A stretch of DNA of 64,000 nt from Deltaproteobacteria bacterium (GTDB lineage: Bacteria; Myxococcota; Kuafuiibacteriia; Kuafuiibacteriales; Kuafuiibacteriaceae): assembly GCA_040218735.1 (NCBI GenBank), contig JAVJQW010000043.1:96001-160000 (forward strand). The letters are read 5' to 3'. The notes under the pieces are model-generated. The model had not been told where the DNA came from, ran no database searches, and worked only from the letters and a program-made list of their open reading frames with translations. Position 1 is the stretch's first letter, and every line of letters begins with the position of its first letter. The position numbers and the translations under genes are program-made. Shown in pieces: positions 29,077 to 36,050 of the stretch.

Positions 29077-30234
29077 TCAGCTACGTCGGCGCGGCCCGAG
29101 GTGCGGGTGCGCGTGCGCGAACTCCTCGAGGGTCGATGTATCGAGGCCGGTGCCGCGCGTCCTGAATCGTCGCAGGCGCGGGAGGCGCGCGACCGCCCCG
29201 AGTGTCGCCTCCGAGATCGGCGTCTCGTCGATGAACAACCGTTCGAGTGTCTCGGCGGCCGACGTGAGCAGGGCGATGAATCGCGCCTCGTCGATCTCGG
29301 CGAACGCCACGGTGAGGTCTCGAACGCCGGTGCAGCGCTCCACGCCCCGCGGGACGACCGGGGCGCTCAGCGAAACACGACCGAGCCCCGTGAGGTCGAT
29401 CGGACCCGAAGTCTCGAGGTCGTGCGCGGACGCGAGCTCGAGATCCGCGAGGCGCGGCATCGCGGCCCGAAAGCCGCGGACGTCGTCGAGCGCGTTCGGC
29501 AGGTCGCGGAGCACGAGCCATTCGACGTTCGGGAGCGCACGCCTCGGCGTGAGCACGAACGAAGGAATGTCGCCGCACGTCACCCAGACGAAGCTCAGTC
29601 GCGGTACATCGGCCAGCGCATCCAGCCGACGAACTTGCGTGTGGCTGAGTGTCAGGTGCGTGAGGTTCTCGAAGCCGAGCCCGTCGAGCTGGTCCTCAGC
29701 GAAGTCCGAGCCCTCGAGTCGAAGCGTCTGCACCTTCGAAGCGTGGCGTCGAATGCGCTCCAGCTCCTCGAGGGAGGCGCACGCCTTCCTGAGGTGCAGG
29801 CTGAATCGAACGCCCTCCTCGTACTCGGGGGGCAGCGCCGGTCCGAGGACGTGAAACGGCGGGCGGCCCTCCTGCTGGTGATAGAGGCGCGCGTCGTCGT
29901 CCGTGAAGCGCCCGCAGACGGTGAGCTCGACGATCGTGTGCGCGTCCGTCGCGTCCTCGACGGACACGTTGATCCACTCCGGGATGCGCCCGTCGCGATA
30001 GAGCGCAGCGAACGCGGTCTCGGCGTCGACGTCGGCGAGCTCGGCGCGCCGCTCGGGCGCGGAGTCCTCCGGATAGAGCCTTACGGTCTCGTCGGCGTGC
30101 CCGTCGTAGGAGGCGTTCAGCTCGACGCGGAAGCGAACGGCGTCGGGGAGCGGTTCTTCGATGTACTCGCGCGCGAAGTCACGCGCGCGCGTGTAGGCGG
30201 CGACGAACCGGCGTCGGAACTCGTCGCGCTCCAC
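29077..30234 (-). CDS. Hypothetical protein with C-terminal leucine-rich repeats
   Basis: LxxLxL repeats (VQTLRLEG, LTHLTLSHT, LADLELAS, LERLFIDETPI, LPRLRRF) after an N-terminal domain of about 140 aa. Confidence 0.7.
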   Translation of the reverse strand: MERDEFRRRFVAAYTRARDFAREYIEEPLPDAVRFRVELNASYDGHADETVRLYPEDSAPERRAELADVDAETAFAALYRDGRIPEWINVSVEDATDAHTIVELTVCGRFTDDDARLYHQQEGRPPFHVLGPALPPEYEEGVRFSLHLRKACASLEELERIRRHASKVQTLRLEGSDFAEDQLDGLGFENLTHLTLSHTQVRRLDALADVPRLSFVWVTCGDIPSFVLTPRRALPNVEWLVLRDLPNALDDVRGFRAAMPRLADLELASAHDLETSGPIDLTGLGRVSLSAPVVPRGVERCTGVRDLTVAFAEIDEARFIALLTSAAETLERLFIDETPISEATLGAVARLPRLRRFRTRGTGLDTSTLEEFAHAHPHLGPRRRS

Positions 30235-30283
30235 GGCGCTACCGTATCACGCGCTCGATCCGTCGCGGCGAGCACGGACGCGA

Positions 30284-33200
30284 TCAGCGGAGTCGGTTGA
30301 GCACCACCGCGTGGTCCCCGCCGATCTCCACCCGAGCGCCCGTCGGCGCGAGGTCGCCTTCCTCGTCCACCGTGAACGTCGCGGTCTCGGTCGCCGAAAT
30401 CCCGAAGATGACGGAGCCCGTCTCGTCCACCGCGATGTCCGTCAGGCCGCCCGTCGGCAGGCCCTGCACGCGGGTGTCGTTCGGATCCTGATCGATCGCC
30501 GTCAGGCTGCCGTCCGCTTCGATGCGGTACACGAACAGCGCGCCGGGCGTCGTCTCGCCGCGCGGCGAGCGTGAGTCCGCGGAGACGAACAACCACGATC
30601 CCGACAGCGTCATCGTCACCGGGTTCGCGCCCGTGTCCATCGCGTCCCCGAGCGGGCTCAGCGTCCCGAAGTCCGGGTCCGCCGAGAACGTGCGGACGTG
30701 CCCGTCGTTCGTCAGCACGTAGACCCGATCGTTCGCCGCGTCGATCGCTACGTCGATCACGTTGTCCAACGAAGGCACGGTCGAGGATGCTCCGAGGGGC
30801 GCGCCCGGCTGGCCGCGGTCGATCGACAGCACCGACAGCTCCCGGTCCTCGGTGATCGCGTAACCCCAGCGCCCGTCGTCGTGTACGAAGATCCGGGTGA
30901 GGTGCCGGTTGCTCGCATTGCGGCGCCGCATCTCGAGACGCCCCGGCGCCGCGTCGCGGTTCAGATGGAAGCTGTACGTCCCGCCGTACTCGTTGTCGCC
31001 GTTGTGATCGACGCACCAGACGTACTCCCCGAGCGGGTCCACCACCACGGAGCGGTCATCCTTCTGTCCGCGCCCCGACTCCTCCGGCTGCACGAACGGG
31101 TTCACGGTGAGCGCGTTGGTCTCGGCGTCGATGTCGAACACCTGGACGAACTGCGAACCGTTGCGCCCCGTCGAGACCATAAGATGCCGTTGGTCCGGCG
31201 TCATCGCGAGCTCTTGGCGCTCACCGGTCCCCGGCATGTCCATCACCGAGCCCATCGTGAGCGCCCCGTCCGCCCCGACCTCGATCGCCCGCAGCGCGAA
31301 CCCGTCCGTCACGTACACGGCGACCGGCACGCTCGTCAGCAGCGGCGAGCACTCGCCGTTCTCCTCCGCGCTCCGCGCGTCGAGCGGCGACGCTTCACAC
31401 CGGTCAGAGGTCCCGTCGTCGTCGGTGTCCGGGTTGTTCGGGTCCGTCCCCATCGCACGCTCCATCGCGTCGTCGAGGCCGTCCTCGTCCGCGTCGTCGC
31501 GGCGCGGGTTCGATATCACGCGGTAGGCGACGTTCGCCTCCGTACCCTCGTCGTCGTAGGCGATCGAAACGGTCCACCCGTTCTTCACCTCGACGAAGTC
31601 GGAGAGCCCGTCGCCGTCCGAGTCGACCGCGTCGTCCGAGGTCCCGTACAACCCTTCTTCGCGCTCCATCAGCCCGTCACCATCCGCGTCGCGCACGTAG
31701 ACCAAACGCACCTCGTCGCCCGCGTACAGACGCACGTCCTCGAACGGTAGGTCGGCCCGCGCCTCCGACGGTCGCTTCACGTAGATGATCCAGAACGCCT
31801 GCGGGTCCCCCGCGACGCCCATCGCCGGCTCGCCGCGGTCGTCGGAGCGTTCGTTCGCGTACGAGCCGAGCGTGCGCTCGATGGCGTGCAGCTCCTCGAC
31901 CATCACGGTCTCGCCTTCCTCGGTGCGGCGCTCCACGGCGCGTGTCTCGTACGGGACGCCGAGCACGTCCTTCAGGAGCGTCCCCATCCGAATCCCCGCG
32001 AACTCGCCGTCGTCGGTGCGGTCGACGTTCGTCGCGACCTGGAAACGCTCCACCGGCTCGCGTCCCGTGTCGATCACGAGCGTCGCGGTGCGGTTGTACG
32101 TCTCTTCGACGAGGAAGTCGTAGCTGACGCCGTCGCGATCCTCGAGGTCGAACTCACCCGGGCTGAAGAACAACGCCTCGGGCCGCGCCAAGAACTCCTT
32201 GATGAGGTCCGCGTTCACGTCTTCGTTCGACATCGAGATCAACACCGAGCTCCCCGCTCCGCTCGGCGCCAGCGTGAAGACGCGGTTGCCGTTCTCGTCG
32301 AGCTGCCCGCCGTCGTCGACCGTCAGCGTCCCCACCGTGCGGAACGTCCCGCCCCCGAGCGGTGCGTCTGGGCTCGGCGACGCCGCCCACTGCATCATGG
32401 TGATCGACGGGTTCACGAGCTCCACCGCCGAGATCCCCGTGTTCACGAACCGGAACGCCATCCGCACCTCACCGCGCGACGTCTTCTCTTCGTTGATCTG
32501 CGTGTCGCGTCGGTACTCCGACGAGGTCCGCGTCGCCGACTGCGATGACGCCGTGGTGAGCGTCGTCGACGTGGTGTTCACCGTCTCCGGCGTCGCGTCC
32601 GCACACAGCTCCGTGTCCGAGAGGCCCGTCGCCTTCAGCACGGAGCCGGCCGCCTCACCGACCAACCCGACCGTCTCCTTCAGCGCGTTCGGATTGTCCT
32701 TGTCGAACTTCACCTCGCCGCCGCTCTTCGCGGAGTCACACGCCGCGGACCGACCGAGCTCGAGCGCCTTGCCGCCGAAGAACTTGAGCGCGCCCGCCTT
32801 GCTGAACTCGAGGTCGTCGAAGAACCCTTCGCCGCCGGAGGAGGCCGCGGTCGTGACCGCCGTGCTCTCCATGTCGCTCCGCTCGGTCGAGCTGGAGTTC
32901 GTCGTCGAGTAGACGCTCCCGTATTCGACCTCGCTCCGATCGCCGGTCAGGTATTCGACGCGAAGTCGGATGTCGATGTCGCCAGCCGACACCATGTCGA
33001 GCTGCGGGATCTCGGCGACGCGCGGGTCGCGGTTCGTCACGTCGCGCTCCTCGCGGTCGTCGAGCCCGTCCCCGTCCGTGTCCGCGAGCGTCGGCGACGT
33101 CCCCGCCGCGACCTCCGCGCCGTCGAACAGCGCCGCGACGGGGAGTGTGGTGTCGTCCTCGTCGAGCGCGTCACCGTCCGAGTCGACGCTCGAGAGGTTC

Positions 33201-33544
33201 GACCGGTAGCGGTACTTCTCCTCGAAGTCATCGAGCTGGTCACCGTCGGTGTCCGCGAGCGTCGGGTCACTGCGCTCCGCAAGCTCGATGTCGTCGGTGA
33301 GCCCGTCGCCGTCGGTGTCGGCGAGGGTCGGGTCCGACACGACCTTGCGCCGTGTGACGAACTCGGCGCCCGCCGCGAGGCCGTAGCCGAGCTCGTCCAC
33401 GACGACCTCCCAGCCGGCGAGCTCGATCGCATCGGTGAGCCCGTCGCCGTCGGTGTCGACGGTGGCCGGGTCGTTCGCGCCGCCGCCGCAGGCGAGCGCG
33501 AGCGCAAGCAACAAGAAGGTCGGAGTGGTTCGGGTGATCTTCAT
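30284..33544 (-). CDS. Lipoprotein with Ca-binding DxDxDG repeats, binary-toxin-B/protective-antigen-like core and C-terminal beta-propeller (1086 aa)
   Basis: Lipobox LALAC; DTDGDGLTDAIELAGWEV; RDPRVAEIP; RFVNTG...V.P; RTATLVIDTG..VERFQVA; lactonase-like blades at the C-terminus. Confidence 0.75.
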   Translation of the reverse strand: MKITRTTPTFLLLALALACGGGANDPATVDTDGDGLTDAIELAGWEVVVDELGYGLAAGAEFVTRRKVVSDPTLADTDGDGLTDDIELAERSDPTLADTDGDQLDDFEEKYRYRSNLSSVDSDGDALDEDDTTLPVAALFDGAEVAAGTSPTLADTDGDGLDDREERDVTNRDPRVAEIPQLDMVSAGDIDIRLRVEYLTGDRSEVEYGSVYSTTNSSSTERSDMESTAVTTAASSGGEGFFDDLEFSKAGALKFFGGKALELGRSAACDSAKSGGEVKFDKDNPNALKETVGLVGEAAGSVLKATGLSDTELCADATPETVNTTSTTLTTASSQSATRTSSEYRRDTQINEEKTSRGEVRMAFRFVNTGISAVELVNPSITMMQWAASPSPDAPLGGGTFRTVGTLTVDDGGQLDENGNRVFTLAPSGAGSSVLISMSNEDVNADLIKEFLARPEALFFSPGEFDLEDRDGVSYDFLVEETYNRTATLVIDTGREPVERFQVATNVDRTDDGEFAGIRMGTLLKDVLGVPYETRAVERRTEEGETVMVEELHAIERTLGSYANERSDDRGEPAMGVAGDPQAFWIIYVKRPSEARADLPFEDVRLYAGDEVRLVYVRDADGDGLMEREEGLYGTSDDAVDSDGDGLSDFVEVKNGWTVSIAYDDEGTEANVAYRVISNPRRDDADEDGLDDAMERAMGTDPNNPDTDDDGTSDRCEASPLDARSAEENGECSPLLTSVPVAVYVTDGFALRAIEVGADGALTMGSVMDMPGTGERQELAMTPDQRHLMVSTGRNGSQFVQVFDIDAETNALTVNPFVQPEESGRGQKDDRSVVVDPLGEYVWCVDHNGDNEYGGTYSFHLNRDAAPGRLEMRRRNASNRHLTRIFVHDDGRWGYAITEDRELSVLSIDRGQPGAPLGASSTVPSLDNVIDVAIDAANDRVYVLTNDGHVRTFSADPDFGTLSPLGDAMDTGANPVTMTLSGSWLFVSADSRSPRGETTPGALFVYRIEADGSLTAIDQDPNDTRVQGLPTGGLTDIAVDETGSVIFGISATETATFTVDEEGDLAPTGARVEIGGDHAVVLNRLR

Positions 33545-33555
33545 CCTCGAACCGG

Positions 33556-33581
33556 GTGCGAACGCAGCCCGTTTCGTGGCA
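33556..33581 (-). promoter_or_regulatory. Putative ECF promoter TGCCACGAAAC-N11-GCAC upstream of the PA-like gene
   Basis: Same boxes and spacing as 35405..35430; an A-tract lies just upstream. Confidence 0.65.
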
Positions 33582-33612
33582 CGCCGTCGGCGATTTTTTT
33601 CGCGGTCTGTGG

Positions 33613-34647
33613 TCAGGCGGCGCGGGCGCGCAGGACCGCGGCCTCGCGGAGCACCAGGTCCGTGCGTTTGTAGTCGGTCACGAGGTCGACGAAGAGGCGG
33701 TCGGAGCCTGCATCCCGCGGCCGCATCCCGGTGGGGAGCAGCTCCGCGACGAGCAGCTTGTCCTCCCAGCGGCGCAGGAAGTCGTCGGCCGCGTAGACCT
33801 CGCCGCTCTGTCCGTCGACGATGAACGTCTGGTGGATCGATGCGTCTGCGCCGACGCTGCGGTGCGGCGTCACCACGTTGAGCAGGTGGCACGTCTTCGT
33901 GCCGTCCGCGTCGATGCCTTCGAAGGACAACACCGCACGTTCGCCCGGTTGGAGCTCCGCGATACGGTCGCGCAGCGACGCCGACACGCCGCTCCGCTCC
34001 GCGACGGGGGAAAGCCACCGATGATCGAAGTCGTCCGCGAACCCGGTCGGGACGCTCGCCCACATATCGGACTCCTTGGACTGGAAGAGCTCCACGGCAT
34101 CGCGCGGATGCCCGAGCCGATTCGCCACCTCCCAGATGGAGTAGTCCCGGGCGTTGTGCCGGGCCATGACGCGGATCGCGGGGAGCTCGGCCACGGCGCG
34201 CATCGCCGCCTCGACCTCCGTCGTGCCTCGGGAGAAGTCGGCGCTCCGCAGCGCTTCCACCGCCGCGGTGATCGTCGGGCGCCCTGCGTCGATGAGCGCT
34301 TCGAACGTGACCCGTTCGTCGCGGAGCGCGATCAGGTCCGGGTTCGTTTCGTCGGCGTCGATCAACTTCGCGAGCACCTCGGGGTCCGCGAGCTCGGCGG
34401 CGACGCCCGCGTCGTCATCCGCGTACGCGTCGAGCCGTTCGCCGCGCGCCACCGCCGCCCCGAGCCCTGCGAGGCGCTGGTCGACCGCGATCGAGCACTC
34501 ACTGCAGTTGTGCGTGGAGCGCTCCGGGTTCACGAACAACTGATTGGAGCCGAGCGACGAATAGACGAGCGCGAGCTGCTCTTCGAGTGTGCGTTCGTCG
34601 TCGAACCGCCGTGCGACGAGCTGAGGGATCTGCCCCGGGCTCCGCAT
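33613..34647 (-). CDS. Papain-fold toxin-like protein (Tox-PL/glutamine deamidase-like)
   Basis: NCSECSIAVDQRLAG, CHLLNVV and FIVDGQSG motifs give a Cys-His-Asp triad; no signal peptide. Confidence 0.7.
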   Translation of the reverse strand: MRSPGQIPQLVARRFDDERTLEEQLALVYSSLGSNQLFVNPERSTHNCSECSIAVDQRLAGLGAAVARGERLDAYADDDAGVAAELADPEVLAKLIDADETNPDLIALRDERVTFEALIDAGRPTITAAVEALRSADFSRGTTEVEAAMRAVAELPAIRVMARHNARDYSIWEVANRLGHPRDAVELFQSKESDMWASVPTGFADDFDHRWLSPVAERSGVSASLRDRIAELQPGERAVLSFEGIDADGTKTCHLLNVVTPHRSVGADASIHQTFIVDGQSGEVYAADDFLRRWEDKLLVAELLPTGMRPRDAGSDRLFVDLVTDYKRTDLVLREAAVLRARAA

Positions 34648-34734
34648 GTTTGGCGGGCTGCGTTGGCCGTAGTCGGTTCGGTGCTCGGGGCCTCCCGCGA
34701 GGCGCGTCAGGTCGTGGGGCGGGGCGGGTCTGTC

Positions 34735-35388
34735 TCACCGAACTCGGAGCGGGATCCTCGCAACGACCTCCCATTCGGTCGCGAGCTCCAGCTCCAGCAA
34801 CCCCGGTTGCAGCACCCCCGCGTCGACCTCGACGATCAGCGGCGCCTTCTCGGGGCGTTTCACCGATGCGGTCCACACCGCGCGGTCCCCGGCGCGCAGG
34901 GTCGCGACGAACGACGTCGCGCGCACCGTCGACTCGAACGTGACGACGAACCGCACCGGGCCGCCGCCGTCGATCACCTTCGGAGCGGCGTCGGCGCGGT
35001 AGGTGTTCGGGGCGAGGTTCACCATGGTCGGCTCCTTCGGGAGCACCACGAGCGCGACCACCGCCGCGGCCGCCGCGAGCCCGAGCACGCCGAGCCACTG
35101 CCACTTCGCTCGCGGGGCCTCGCGGGGACGCGCGTCGGCGCGACCCTCCAACGCCTCCGCGAAACCGAGCTCGTCCGCCCACGCGCGCTCGTCCTCGATC
35201 TTCTTCGCGACGATGGCCCGTTCGTCCGCCGGGAGCGTCCCGTCGCGGTAGGCCTGCACGAGCTGAGACCGCAGCGCACGCACGGCGTCTTGGGTGTCGT
35301 CGGCCAGGAAGGCGGCCTCCTCGACCGCATCGTGATCCTCGGGGGACAGCCGCCCGAGGACATAGGCGCGCAGTTGTTCGGGGTTCAT
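34735..35388 (-). CDS. Anti-sigma factor (single TM plus extracytoplasmic domain)
   Basis: LRAYVLGRLSPED..AVEE...LVQAY..G.L...ER N-terminus typical of CHAT-linked anti-sigmas; ATGA overlap with the sigma gene. Confidence 0.78.
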   Translation of the reverse strand: MNPEQLRAYVLGRLSPEDHDAVEEAAFLADDTQDAVRALRSQLVQAYRDGTLPADERAIVAKKIEDERAWADELGFAEALEGRADARPREAPRAKWQWLGVLGLAAAAAVVALVVLPKEPTMVNLAPNTYRADAAPKVIDGGGPVRFVVTFESTVRATSFVATLRAGDRAVWTASVKRPEKAPLIVEVDAGVLQPGLLELELATEWEVVARIPLRVR

Positions 35389-35999
35389 GGCGTCTCACCC
35401 TCCTGTGCGTCGCCGCCTTGTTTCGTGGCAGATGTTTCGTCACGAAGTCGTGATTCGATGCACCGCTTCAGGCGAACCCTGAGACGCGCCGCGCGACTCC
35501 TCAGGTTCACCTCGGTGAGGCCGAGGTCCTCCGCGAGCGCGCGACGGTGTCGTGTCTTCTCCCGCCCGACGAGCCCCCGGTGGTATTCGAGGAGCACGCG
35601 CCGTTCGGCGTCGTGCATGCCTTCGAGGCAGCCGTCCATCGCGGCGAGGAGGCGCTCGCGCTCTGCGGCGTCATCGTCCTCGCGCACGGACGGCGTGCCG
35701 AGCGGCTTCGTCCGCTGGTCCTCGCGGCTCGCCTCCAGGGCGACGAACCGCGCGACGCCCAAGACGTAGCGCAGCGGATCGGGGTGCTCGACCTCGAGCC
35801 CCTCTTCCAGTTTTCGCGCGACGCGGTCGAGCGTCTCGTCGGCGAGCGCGGGGGGATCGGCGAGCGCGCGGCACTCGAAGAGCGTGACGAGGCGATCGTG
35901 CACGCGTCGGTACGCGTCGCCGACGGACTCGTCCGGACCGCGCCCCAGCATGTCGGCGAGCGCGCGCCACCGATCCGCGTCCAGCGTGCCCGAGGCCAC
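35385..35999 (-). CDS. ECF sigma factor (CHAT-associated type)
   Basis: Region 2 LADETLDRVARKL...YVLGVAR; region 4 CLEGM...ERRVLLEY...LAEDLGLT..NLR.RA.RLR..LKRC. Confidence 0.85.
   Translation of the reverse strand: MASGTLDADRWRALADMLGRGPDESVGDAYRRVHDRLVTLFECRALADPPALADETLDRVARKLEEGLEVEHPDPLRYVLGVARFVALEASREDQRTKPLGTPSVREDDDAAERERLLAAMDGCLEGMHDAERRVLLEYHRGLVGREKTRHRRALAEDLGLTEVNLRSRAARLRVRLKRCIESRLRDETSATKQGGDAQEGETP
35405..35430 (-). promoter_or_regulatory. Putative ECF promoter TGCCACGAAAC-N11-GCAC at the sigma 3' end, upstream of the anti-sigma
   Basis: Identical boxes and spacing to 33556..33581; followed by a GGAGG RBS. Confidence 0.65.
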
Positions 36000-36050
36000 G
36001 GTGTCGTCTTGTCAGAGGATCGGACCTGCGCACAACATCTGTCCCGAGAG

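Noticed and set aside
33545-34063. N-terminal 173 aa of the 1259-aa ORF
   Set aside because: It overlaps the papain-fold gene in another frame; the lipobox and promoter motif support ATG 33544.
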